IMG/VR virus record: IMGVR_UViG_3300027973_002218
Coordinates: 1,311-65,310 of that record
Source of the DNA: a virus
Length of the DNA: 64,000 nucleotides
Direction: 5' to 3' (one strand)
The first letter of the stretch is position 1; the number at the start of each line of letters is the position of its first letter. Below the pieces are notes generated by a model. That model saw only the letters and a list, made by a program, of their open reading frames with translations, searched no databases and had not been told where the DNA came from. The position numbers and the translations under genes are program-made. Shown here piece after piece: positions 19,909-29,038 of the stretch.

Positions 19909-19939
19909 CAAAGATAAGACATTTTTTATTTTCATCAAA
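19909..19939 (-). promoter_or_regulatory. Bacteroidota sigmaA-type promoter TTTG-N19-TATCTTTG
   Basis: exact match to the -33/-7 consensus, 17 nt upstream of the lipoprotein ATG. Confidence 0.65.
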
Positions 19940-19977
19940 AAAATTTTTACTATATTTATTAATAGATTTTAAGTTAT

Positions 19978-20040
19978 CAGTCCCCAGTCGTAATGGCTGT
20001 TGAGTATTCACGGACACAAAGGTATTGGTAACGTAGTCAT
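19978..20040 (+). ncRNA. candidate structured 5' leader (three-way junction)
   Basis: GTCC/GGAC stem encloses CAGTC-GTAAT-GGCTG and TGA-GTAT-TCA hairpins; GC-richer than other spacers. Confidence 0.3.
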
Positions 20041-20064
20041 TAAACTATTGTAAAATTTAAAAAC

Positions 20065-20886
20065 ATGAATTACGCAACACAAGTGGGCAAACCGACTGCG
20101 CACATCACAAATAAAAAGTCACGTCTAAAGGTCTATAACGGCCATATAGTCTTTTTAAAAGATAAAGACAATTTCGAATTCGAACTTCATAATCCAAAAC
20201 AAAAATCAGTCCTTGTAAAGGTCAAATTGAATGGTGAATACATTTCCACAAGTGGTATTGTATTGAAACCAGGTCAGAGGGTCTTTTTAGAACGTTTCCT
20301 TGACTCTAATAACAAGTTTGAGTTCAGTACCTATGAAGTTAAAGATACGTCAGAAAACAGGTCTGCAATCGATTTAAACGGAGATGTTAGAATTGAGTTC
20401 TATGATGAACAAACATCAAGGAATAATTTTGCAATATCATCAGGAACTATCTATGGAAATGGTTTAGTATATGGAAGTCGTAGTAATGATTATATTCCAC
20501 ATTTTGGTACTACAATTAGTACTACAGGAGGAGTAGGGTATTCAACAACTACGTCAACTTATAATATATCAAATGCAACTTTTACAAGTTCTGATTTGAG
20601 AAGCAAATTTGATACGTCAAAAACGTTGTTGAACGGTAAACCCCGAAGTAAGAAAAGTAAGTCAATTGAAACGGGTATAGTCGAAAAAGGAAATGAATCA
20701 AATCAGTCATTTACCAATTCATATCAAGAATTTAATTATTATACATCGCATGAAGTTAATTTTAAGATTCAACCATCAAGCACAAAAAACAAAACCACAG
20801 AAGACATTAGACAATATTGTACTGAGTGTGGAACCAAGACAAAAACAAACTTTAAGTTCTGTCCGTCTTGTGGAAATAAGTTATAA
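20065..20886 (+). CDS. protein with C-terminal double zinc ribbon
   Basis: C-terminal CTECG...FCPSCG. Confidence 0.7.
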   Translation: MNYATQVGKPTAHITNKKSRLKVYNGHIVFLKDKDNFEFELHNPKQKSVLVKVKLNGEYISTSGIVLKPGQRVFLERFLDSNNKFEFSTYEVKDTSENRSAIDLNGDVRIEFYDEQTSRNNFAISSGTIYGNGLVYGSRSNDYIPHFGTTISTTGGVGYSTTTSTYNISNATFTSSDLRSKFDTSKTLLNGKPRSKKSKSIETGIVEKGNESNQSFTNSYQEFNYYTSHEVNFKIQPSSTKNKTTEDIRQYCTECGTKTKTNFKFCPSCGNKL

Positions 20887-20889
20887 ATG

Positions 20890-20919
20890 AAAAAGGGTCC
20901 CGTGAGACCCTTTTTTTTT
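20890..20919 (+). terminator. intrinsic terminator
   Basis: AAAAAGGGTC-ccgtga-GACCCTTTTTTTTT. Confidence 0.85.
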
Positions 20920-20945
20920 GTTTGTTAAACTATTTATATATACAC

Positions 20946-21635
20946 ATGGGATTAAATAAGAAACATATTAAAGAAGCAACAGGTTCAGGAAGTGCAGGAC
21001 ATTTTAAAATTCCAATAGTATTAGCTCCACAGAATTGGAAAGAAGACCAATTAGGTCCATTTAATATTCCTGTTTATCATTATAATAATGCTGAATTGGC
21101 GTATGAAGAAGCTGATGGTGATTTTAAAGAAACACCTGAAGAAAGAGCCAAGATTGAAAAAAGAACTGATAAGTTATCACGTATTGATGATTATCTTAAA
21201 AGTTTCTATACAGGTCAAAATGACGAAGATGGTAGTAATATTGCTGATGTTGAACCCCCTGAAAAAATTATTAAACAAGCCGTAGGTCCACTTAAAGAAG
21301 ACTTGGCAGTATGGTTTGGTACAAAAAAAAAACCAAAAGGAAGTTCACAACCTAAAGGTCCTTGGGTAAATATTTGTCGTAAAAAAGAAGGTGGTGGACA
21401 TCCACCATGTGGTAGACCTGAGGCAAGTGACAAAGGATATCCAAAATGTCGAGCTGCGGGTGTTGCAAGTAAAATGAGTGATTCAGAAAAAAAATCCGCA
21501 TGTCAACAAAAAAGAACCGCAGAAAAATCGCATTCAAAAGTCGGTACTGGTAACAAACCAAAGATGGTTTCTTACAAACCAAAAAATGAAGGATTAACCG
21601 AACTTATCCGAAAAGTTCTTAGAGAAAGTTTTTAA
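20946..21635 (+). CDS. hypothetical protein with a basic Cys-containing phage domain
   Basis: ATG 20946 follows TATTTAT at 20931; WVNIC...HPPCGR...YPKC domain; ends LIRKVLRESF. Confidence 0.6.
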   Translation: MGLNKKHIKEATGSGSAGHFKIPIVLAPQNWKEDQLGPFNIPVYHYNNAELAYEEADGDFKETPEERAKIEKRTDKLSRIDDYLKSFYTGQNDEDGSNIADVEPPEKIIKQAVGPLKEDLAVWFGTKKKPKGSSQPKGPWVNICRKKEGGGHPPCGRPEASDKGYPKCRAAGVASKMSDSEKKSACQQKRTAEKSHSKVGTGNKPKMVSYKPKNEGLTELIRKVLRESF

Positions 21636-22042
21636 TTTAATTTATCCAAAATATTACTCAATGAATGCTTGATGTTTTTTCTAATTTCAGATTCAAGTAC
21701 CTCTCTTCTGTCTTCTAAAACTTTATCAAATATTTGAGTTAATTCTATAAACTTAGATGTTTCTTGTAGATAGACACTATAACTGTACACATGATTAATT
21801 AAATGGATAGTATAACCTTCCATTACAACATACATATTTTTTTCTTCGTTTTTAATAATTCTCTTGTGTGAGATTGGGGAAATAGTTAACTCTGATGTTG
21901 GATTAGTGATTAACTTTTTGCAGATTTCTGAAGCAAATATTTCTTCGTCCGTAACTTTAGGTCTTGGGTCAAACTTATCTTTAAGATTCAGATATATTTT
22001 AAATAATAAACGAGGGACATACCCCACAACTTTATTTTCCAT
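21632..22042 (-). CDS. hypothetical protein
   Basis: 136 aa, preceded by a host-type promoter. Confidence 0.6.
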   Translation of the reverse strand: MENKVVGYVPRLLFKIYLNLKDKFDPRPKVTDEEIFASEICKKLITNPTSELTISPISHKRIIKNEEKNMYVVMEGYTIHLINHVYSYSVYLQETSKFIELTQIFDKVLEDRREVLESEIRKNIKHSLSNILDKLN

Positions 22043-22046
22043 TTAA

Positions 22047-22077
22047 CAAATATAGAAAAAATTTTTCAAACTAACAA
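22047..22077 (-). promoter_or_regulatory. host-type promoter TTG-N20-TATATTTG
   Basis: exact TAnnTTTG 4 nt upstream of the ATG at 22042. Confidence 0.45.
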
Positions 22078-22541
22078 TAGGAACCTGAACAATGTTTTTT
22101 CCCATCTAGTCCTTTTATTTTACCTTTGCATACTTGAACCGCATATCCGTTTGCATAAGCGCTTGGATATACTTTAAATTTTGATTTTGCTGCGGATTTA
22201 CCTCTTGAACAAAGTGGGGTACCCGTTTTTTTTCTACCTTCCTGAATATCTTCATAATCAACATATTCAGATTCTTTTGACATTTCATTTTTGAAAAAAT
22301 CAAATACTTGGTCAATATTAGTCTTAGCTTCAGATATATGGTCATCTGCCCAATCATGACCATTTTGGATTATGTCATCGATTTTATTTGGGTCCATATC
22401 CAACATCATATTACATTGTCTTTTTATTTGTTCTAAATTGCTAAAGAACATATAGTTAGATTGTTCTTGTTCTTGCTCTTTAAGAACTTTTATTACCAAA
22501 CGGTTCAAATCTAATTCTGTTAATTTTATTATCTTACTCAT
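22071..22541 (-). CDS. putative internal head protein with a YPSAYANG basic domain
   Basis: leader MSKIIKLTELDLNRLVIKVLKE-Q; C-terminal LCSRGK.AAK.KFKVYPSAYANGYAVQVC. Confidence 0.55.
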   Translation of the reverse strand: MSKIIKLTELDLNRLVIKVLKEQEQEQSNYMFFSNLEQIKRQCNMMLDMDPNKIDDIIQNGHDWADDHISEAKTNIDQVFDFFKNEMSKESEYVDYEDIQEGRKKTGTPLCSRGKSAAKSKFKVYPSAYANGYAVQVCKGKIKGLDGKKHCSGSYC

Positions 22542-24046
22542 GATTGTTTTGTATTTACAATATTAAAGGTTAATTGTTTCTTATAAGTATCTTTTTCTCC
22601 TGAAGTATTCACTTGAATGTCTACATAATATTGATTAGGTATTTTATCTCTCATATCAAATATAAAATAAAATTCGTTTGGAGTTCTATTGATAGGAGTC
22701 CAATCTTGGACTTGAACTTCAGTAGTTCCTTCTTTTACATATACTCTATAAAACGAAGAAACATTCTCTAATAATTGTTGACCAGTGTAAGCCTTTTTAA
22801 TTGTCACACCAACTTTTCTAATATCAGTATTTAATATTTGTTCATTTTGTAATATACCATAAAAACTAAATCCAAATTTAGATGGTTCTTTAGAAAGAGG
22901 CCCAATCTGAATTCCCGCATTATATTGTTGTAATGTAAATTGATTTGTTACATTTGGAATACCTTGACCATTAATAGTTAAACCTGACCATACATCGTAA
23001 AATTGACAAGGTGTAGGGTATGATGTAAATCCATTAGGAACAACAACTTCATAAACACCTTTAGTTCTTAAACAAGTTGTTAATGATGCCATTCCTGTTA
23101 CCGCGTCACCATTTCGGTCTTCAATTCTAACGAACGGGTCTGCGTCTAAATTAACTAAATCACCATTCTGATAAATGTATAAAAACAATTTGTTCTCTTG
23201 GCTTTTCAAAAATAGATTCCTGTCGTCTTGAATTAAGTCGTCATAATTAGTTAAAAGGTATGGTTGGTAAAAAGTTTGAGTATGTCTTGAAAAGAATGCA
23301 ACACTGTAACTATCGGTTAACCCAGTGATGTTTTCAATTTGAGGAAGATACGCAACTCCCCAACCTGTAACACCTGTGATAGAACCGTTTAAGATACCAT
23401 TTATCTCGTCAGTCATATTCATGTTAAGGTCTTCATTACCTAACTCAAAATGTTGTCTTGCAACGATTGTAAGACCTGAATAGTTAACTGTGCCACTATT
23501 AGTATTACTGTATACTCCTGGTTGAGACCAATCATCTATTGTTGTTGTTTGGTACCAATTAGATGGTCTTGTTGAGAATGCTCTACTATCGACGTAAGTT
23601 AATGGAGAAATTCCACCTTGTGAGCTTCCTTGGGCAATATTAAAATCAGTATAATCGTATCCAACACCTTCATCCCAATATTGTGGATTTCCTGTATTAC
23701 CTGATACGTTAGGTATTCTAAATAATATTAAATCAAATGATGTTGCACGTCTTCTTTCATTTGACATGAACGTATTAAGTAATTCATTATCAAATGATGA
23801 AGTATTGGTCATCTTTAGTGTGTGAGTCATTGCTGATGTACATCCTGTTGATATAACACCTGTTGCAATGTTTTCTTCTAACAAAGATAAATCTAAGTTG
23901 AAAAGTAATCTTGAGTAACCGTAATTAGGAACTATGTAATCCGAAGCACCAAAATTTAATTCAATAACAGGGTTTCTTCCTGTATTAACATATGAGTTTG
24001 ATACGATGGTATTATTTTTATCTATGTAAGACCTTAGAATTGACAT
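22538..24046 (-). CDS. putative virion structural (baseplate-region) protein
   Basis: 502 aa, beta-rich, adjacent to the spike gene, TATTTAT motif upstream. Confidence 0.45.
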   Translation of the reverse strand: MSILRSYIDKNNTIVSNSYVNTGRNPVIELNFGASDYIVPNYGYSRLLFNLDLSLLEENIATGVISTGCTSAMTHTLKMTNTSSFDNELLNTFMSNERRRATSFDLILFRIPNVSGNTGNPQYWDEGVGYDYTDFNIAQGSSQGGISPLTYVDSRAFSTRPSNWYQTTTIDDWSQPGVYSNTNSGTVNYSGLTIVARQHFELGNEDLNMNMTDEINGILNGSITGVTGWGVAYLPQIENITGLTDSYSVAFFSRHTQTFYQPYLLTNYDDLIQDDRNLFLKSQENKLFLYIYQNGDLVNLDADPFVRIEDRNGDAVTGMASLTTCLRTKGVYEVVVPNGFTSYPTPCQFYDVWSGLTINGQGIPNVTNQFTLQQYNAGIQIGPLSKEPSKFGFSFYGILQNEQILNTDIRKVGVTIKKAYTGQQLLENVSSFYRVYVKEGTTEVQVQDWTPINRTPNEFYFIFDMRDKIPNQYYVDIQVNTSGEKDTYKKQLTFNIVNTKQS

Positions 24047-24066
24047 TTATCTTTTTACTATAAATA

Positions 24067-25602
24067 TCAATTAAGTCGAATATTACTACTAAGTATTTTT
24101 TCAACTGCATTATTTAACTCTGTAAGCATCTTTGCTGTACTTGAGCCGTCTTGTGTTACGGGTACTGGAGGTAGTCCAGGAAATGCGTGAGTATGGGTAA
24201 TTAAGAATCTAACAATCATATCTATTAATTCTAATAACTCTTCTCCTCTAACCATACTTGATGTATTTGGCATAATATCGTCGGCAAATTTTTCAGGACT
24301 GATACCATATAAAGTATCGTCAAAATTAATTTTGGATTTGCCAGGAATTTGAGAATTATGGGACAATAAAAATAATTTATCACTACCTAATGCTCCATAT
24401 GTTGACTCTGAAGTAACATATTTAGACTGAGGAACCACTTTTTTAATAGGGGTTTTAGGGATACCTACCTTACCCTTGGCATATATTAATCCGTATCCAC
24501 CTTTAATTGCTGGTGTTAATTTAATTGCTCTGTATATATCGGTAATATTTTTAACTTCAATATTACCCGCACCTGCCCCTGAATTAGTTGATGGATTAAG
24601 TTTTGAATACATCAATGAATTTGGCCTATAAAAAATTGGAAATTTGGTACTCGCATTATTATCGGGAAATAATTTAACGCCACTTGCGGTTACATTAGTT
24701 GTGTTACAAGTTTTAATAAAATCATTTATAAACTTAATTACTTCTGTTTTTGATAATAACGTAAATGGTTCGCTTGCAACTAATTTTTTAAGATTTTCAG
24801 AAACTTCACTTGTTAATGTTAAGTTTTTTGAATTGGTTGATACATCTGGTTTAAGTTGATAAAGGTATACCGCTCCTGAGAATTTGTCTTGGGTGTTCTC
24901 AGGATTTGTGACAACCCATTCAATTAAATACTTAGTTAAAAGTACGTCTTCTTTAAGTTCATAATATACTTTAGGTTCTAAACTTTGTTTGGTTTGTTGA
25001 AATTTACTAAGTTGTAAGAATCCTCTTTGTTGATTTGCAACAGGGATTACATTTGGCTTTAAGTATTGTCCTTTAAATTTACCAGCACGAATTAGTATCT
25101 CATCTTCTTTGACAATCATATCCGCACTACCTCTACCCATAATTGCATTATCGCCAGGTTGAGGGAAAACACCTTTATGAATTGATTGGTCTGTATATGT
25201 ACCATCTTGATTCTTTAAAGGTTTTGGATTTTTAATTTGCATACCTGTACCCGTAAACTTATTACCTCCATAATAATACTCTTTAAAAGTCGTTGTTGGA
25301 CTTGAAAATGTATTTTGAACATAATATTGGTTTTGGTATTTGAAATCCTTATTCATGTAAATAACTTGAATAAGTTCATCCACCTTAGGTGTTGAATAAA
25401 TAAAATAAGGTAATAATGGATTAAAAATAAGAGGGTCTCTTGAAGTCCAAATATCTTTCTCTTCATTCCATGGTGGGTCAGAAATACTTTTTAATATATC
25501 TTCGTAGTTATCGATTAGTCTAACTCCTCTGATTCTACCCAACATCATTGGGTCTTCTATATTTAAAACTCTACACTGAAAAAATATTGAATTATCTTCC
25601 AT
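24067..25602 (-). CDS. baseplate hub/central spike protein (gp5/VgrG OB-fold, gpV-like tip)
   Basis: N-terminal CRVLNIEDPMMLGRI...PLLP...PKVDELIQV; C-terminal THTH (HxH) metal-binding tip. Confidence 0.7.
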   Translation of the reverse strand: MEDNSIFFQCRVLNIEDPMMLGRIRGVRLIDNYEDILKSISDPPWNEEKDIWTSRDPLIFNPLLPYFIYSTPKVDELIQVIYMNKDFKYQNQYYVQNTFSSPTTTFKEYYYGGNKFTGTGMQIKNPKPLKNQDGTYTDQSIHKGVFPQPGDNAIMGRGSADMIVKEDEILIRAGKFKGQYLKPNVIPVANQQRGFLQLSKFQQTKQSLEPKVYYELKEDVLLTKYLIEWVVTNPENTQDKFSGAVYLYQLKPDVSTNSKNLTLTSEVSENLKKLVASEPFTLLSKTEVIKFINDFIKTCNTTNVTASGVKLFPDNNASTKFPIFYRPNSLMYSKLNPSTNSGAGAGNIEVKNITDIYRAIKLTPAIKGGYGLIYAKGKVGIPKTPIKKVVPQSKYVTSESTYGALGSDKLFLLSHNSQIPGKSKINFDDTLYGISPEKFADDIMPNTSSMVRGEELLELIDMIVRFLITHTHAFPGLPPVPVTQDGSSTAKMLTELNNAVEKILSSNIRLN

Positions 25603-25804
25603 TATTTCTGTCTTGATACACGTTTAGGACATTATTATACAACTCTTCAACTTTATCTAAATAAATTGTTGAGGTAATAATTGACTGTTTTGTTAATTCA
25701 AAATCAGAAGATAACAAATCCATAAACTCAACTAACTTAGTGTTAGGTAAGTCTTTTAAATTTTTTTGTTCTTCTAAAATATTTTGATATTCTTCGTTTT
25801 TCAT
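25592..25804 (-). CDS. hypothetical protein
   Basis: 70 aa, translationally coupled to neighbours. Confidence 0.55.
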   Translation of the reverse strand: MKNEEYQNILEEQKNLKDLPNTKLVEFMDLLSSDFELTKQSIITSTIYLDKVEELYNNVLNVYQDRNNGR

Positions 25805-25805
25805 T

Positions 25806-27902
25806 TTATATTAATTTACCTATTGATGGACCCGCCATACCAATCGTTTCAACTTTACCTTCTTCAGTAATATTCGATACAATTCCTTTATTAGCCGCTA
25901 AATTAAATTGTAACATAAGATTAGGAGAACCATCAGGAAGAGGTCCTGTCGGAACTCCTATAGATTGAAGGATTTGAATTGTGTTTATGGTCATCTGCTC
26001 TGCCGAAATACCTGGTAATGCACTTGATAAAGCTAATAATGGTAATGGTATTGTTTGACCTCCACCTACAGATTGACCAATTAAATTAAGTAATAATAAA
26101 ATATTATCTAATAAATTTTTACATTTTCTATAATCATCTATTAATTGTGCTATTATTAATGCAATTTGAATCAACCTTAAAATCATTGCATATTTTTTGG
26201 TTAAGTAAGATTTAGAAACGTCTGCAATAATACTACCAACTAAATTAACTATATCTTTTTTTAATATCTCAAATAAAACTCTAAGAAATTCAGCATTAAC
26301 TTTAGAAATGACTTGTATTGAAAATGTTTTATATACCTTTAAAAAATCCGCTCCGTTAGTAACTATATTACTTCCAGCTTGTCCAATATTTGCACCCGCG
26401 TTTCCAGCGTTAGTTATTGTCGTATTTACACTATTTGTGGCTGTATTTGCACTTGTTACTGCTTGATTGTAAGTATATGTTGCACCTGATTGAACTACCG
26501 ATAATAAAGTGTAAAGAGGTAATAAAACTTTTGGACTTAATACACTTGCAGCAACCGCCAAAGGTATTTTTTTAATGACATTTGTGTTGATTGAAACACT
26601 AGAGTTAAAATTGGTTGGTATTGTGGCTCTCCAATCTGGATTTTGTGATATTGAATCAACAATAGTTTCTAAAGTGGCAACTTGTTGTTCTACGGTTTGA
26701 CCTGTTAGAGTATCTCTAAAATCAATTAATTGACTTATAAGAACTTCAGTATCTACAGGAACTTTAACATTGTCACAGTCTATAAATTCCATAACACCGT
26801 TTTGGATGTTATTAATCTTAACTTCAATATTTCTTAAATCTATTTCAGTTAATTCATAAAAACTATCATCAACACCGTCAAGTTCTGCTACTTTGGAGAC
26901 ACCACTTACATCAATTTCTCTTCTTGAATCAAAACATAACCCTAAAATTCTTTGTATTAATAAGTCAAATTTTGATTGTTCATCAAGTTGTCCATAACCA
27001 ACTTGCAGATTCATACTTACAGCTCCAGAAATGATGTTAACTATTTGAGCTCCAATATCTACCGTATCAACTAACTTAATTGTACTATAATAATCTGAAA
27101 TAAATTCTCCAACATTATTGCTAATATTACCTGAACCATCTTCTCTATTTATTAATACAATACGATAATAGTCTCCTGTAACCCCAAAACTATTTACGTT
27201 TGAATATTGAACATCAAATAAATCCTGACCCGATTTACCTAAATAATTTTTACCATTAATTTGATTAAACGACCTACCAGTGTTGTTAGATTCCATTAAC
27301 TGATAAAGTTGTTTGTTCATTGGAAATGGAACATCTCCACCATAAGGTCTAAATTTTTGGTCTCCAGAAGGTGATTGAGCTTCATAGAAAATTTTTCCAA
27401 AATTTGTTTCAGGTGATTGTTTTAAATTAGAAAATAAATCAATAGAACTAACTGGTATGTAAATCCCTTCTTGTTGAGGTAGTAACGGTAAAGGTTGTGA
27501 TTCAAGAACTGAAGGGGATATACCGTTATACGTTTGTTCAATTGAACAACCTAAGGCTTTGATTGTTTCCTCTTTAATAATAACTGATAACTTTGGTTCA
27601 ATTAACGCAGCAGCTTCTAACATTTTTTTTCTAATATATGTTGAAGTACCTGAACCAGTTCCTTGAGTTTGACCTAAGAACCCTAACAATTGGTCCATTG
27701 AATTAGGTGGTTCTCTAAAAAATCTTTTTTGTAGATTTTTAATTTTGTCTAACTGAGATGTAATTTGTGATGATGCTTTAGTAGCCGAATCCCCCGCATT
27801 TTTTAAACTTTTGGCAGCACCAGAAACATCAATATAAGTTTTAAATGATTTTATCTTACCTTGTATCGAATCTTGTGCTGAAGTTATATCTAATGCTTGC
27901 AT
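25806..27902 (-). CDS. hypothetical large protein, putatively structural
   Basis: 698 aa with a hydrophobic C-terminal region. Confidence 0.55.
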   Translation of the reverse strand: MQALDITSAQDSIQGKIKSFKTYIDVSGAAKSLKNAGDSATKASSQITSQLDKIKNLQKRFFREPPNSMDQLLGFLGQTQGTGSGTSTYIRKKMLEAAALIEPKLSVIIKEETIKALGCSIEQTYNGISPSVLESQPLPLLPQQEGIYIPVSSIDLFSNLKQSPETNFGKIFYEAQSPSGDQKFRPYGGDVPFPMNKQLYQLMESNNTGRSFNQINGKNYLGKSGQDLFDVQYSNVNSFGVTGDYYRIVLINREDGSGNISNNVGEFISDYYSTIKLVDTVDIGAQIVNIISGAVSMNLQVGYGQLDEQSKFDLLIQRILGLCFDSRREIDVSGVSKVAELDGVDDSFYELTEIDLRNIEVKINNIQNGVMEFIDCDNVKVPVDTEVLISQLIDFRDTLTGQTVEQQVATLETIVDSISQNPDWRATIPTNFNSSVSINTNVIKKIPLAVAASVLSPKVLLPLYTLLSVVQSGATYTYNQAVTSANTATNSVNTTITNAGNAGANIGQAGSNIVTNGADFLKVYKTFSIQVISKVNAEFLRVLFEILKKDIVNLVGSIIADVSKSYLTKKYAMILRLIQIALIIAQLIDDYRKCKNLLDNILLLLNLIGQSVGGGQTIPLPLLALSSALPGISAEQMTINTIQILQSIGVPTGPLPDGSPNLMLQFNLAANKGIVSNITEEGKVETIGMAGPSIGKLI

Positions 27903-27905
27903 CTC

Positions 27906-28271
27906 TTATTTCATTTTATACGTTTCTTCATCATTAGAAACATCTTTTTCTATAAGATTTTGTATTAAATCGTCATCTAAATCTGCAAGAGAAAATGATT
28001 CTGTATTGTTGTTAGATTTTTCCCAAATACCAGATTGTAATTTTGATAAACTAATTTTCTTTTCAACACAATCGTTGACTATTTTTTGTTGTTTTTCAAT
28101 TACAGGCCCAATAGTTGTCATATCAGCAGGGTCTTTTAACATTGCTAACATTTTATTTTGTATTCTGATTGCAGTTTGTCTTTGTTCTACAAGTTCGTTG
28201 TAAATTTCTTGCATTAAAGACAAGATTGAATCTTTCGTGAAATTAATTTCTTTTCTTTGTGGTCTTGGCAT
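27906..28271 (-). CDS. hypothetical coiled-coil protein
   Basis: 121 aa; TATTTAT 4 nt upstream of the ATG. Confidence 0.6.
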   Translation of the reverse strand: MPRPQRKEINFTKDSILSLMQEIYNELVEQRQTAIRIQNKMLAMLKDPADMTTIGPVIEKQQKIVNDCVEKKISLSKLQSGIWEKSNNNTESFSLADLDDDLIQNLIEKDVSNDEETYKMK

Positions 28272-28291
28272 ACCTATAAATACTTTTTTAA

Positions 28292-29038
28292 TTAGTTTTT
28301 CATTTTAATCTGAATAACTGTATATAATTTTTTAAACCTTTTAATTGAACTTCTAATCTCTTTAGTACTTAAGTTAGTCATTTCTCTTAGTGAAAGTAGG
28401 ATTACATTTTTGTTGAATTTGTTATTATCTGCTCCTGAGAAGATGCTTTCATAGTTATCAAACAAATCAATAAGGGCATACCCTAATTTTTTTTCATTAT
28501 CGTTTAAATTTTCATTATCGATAAATTCTTTTAATTCTTTTAAATATTCAACAATAATGATATCGGTTTCAACGATATCATCATCAATTCTATAACTCAT
28601 ATCCACTCTTTCTTCTAAACTTGAAGATATGTCTTCATATGATATTTTTCTATTCGTTTCTTTTTGGTCTTTAATTATTTGACCCATTAAGTAATTTTTA
28701 CAAATTGTACCAAAATAAGAATAAGCTTTCTTATTCTTATCTGGTTTAAACTTGTCAACTTTAGTCATTAAAAACGAATGAGTGTCTGTATGAATTTCGT
28801 TAAAATCCATGTCCTTACGATATAGTTTATATCGTCGTATGATAGATGAAATCATCTTATCAAGAGGTCCTCTTAAAAATTCATTATATATTTTATTTTT
28901 TTCGTGTGAGTCCTCTGTGATTAAAAACTTTCTAACCGCATCTTCTTCTCTTACATCAAAATAATTTAAATTAACAGCTTTTCTTCCTCTCTTTTTAGAT
29001 AAAACATCTTCTGTTGTTGCAGATAGAGTTTCTTGCAT
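28292..29038 (-). CDS. phage sigma factor (T4 gp55-like late sigma)
   Basis: region-2-like KVDKFKPDKNKKAYSYFGTICKNYL and N-terminal NYF motif. Confidence 0.6.
   Translation of the reverse strand: MQETLSATTEDVLSKKRGRKAVNLNYFDVREEDAVRKFLITEDSHEKNKIYNEFLRGPLDKMISSIIRRYKLYRKDMDFNEIHTDTHSFLMTKVDKFKPDKNKKAYSYFGTICKNYLMGQIIKDQKETNRKISYEDISSSLEERVDMSYRIDDDIVETDIIIVEYLKELKEFIDNENLNDNEKKLGYALIDLFDNYESIFSGADNNKFNKNVILLSLREMTNLSTKEIRSSIKRFKKLYTVIQIKMKN

Noticed and set aside
20005-20050. GGACACAAAG resembling the c-di-GMP-I (GEMM) core GGACGCAAAG
   Set aside because: The upstream GCAAA/GNRA stem and downstream receptor helix could not be found; kept only as an unassigned structured leader
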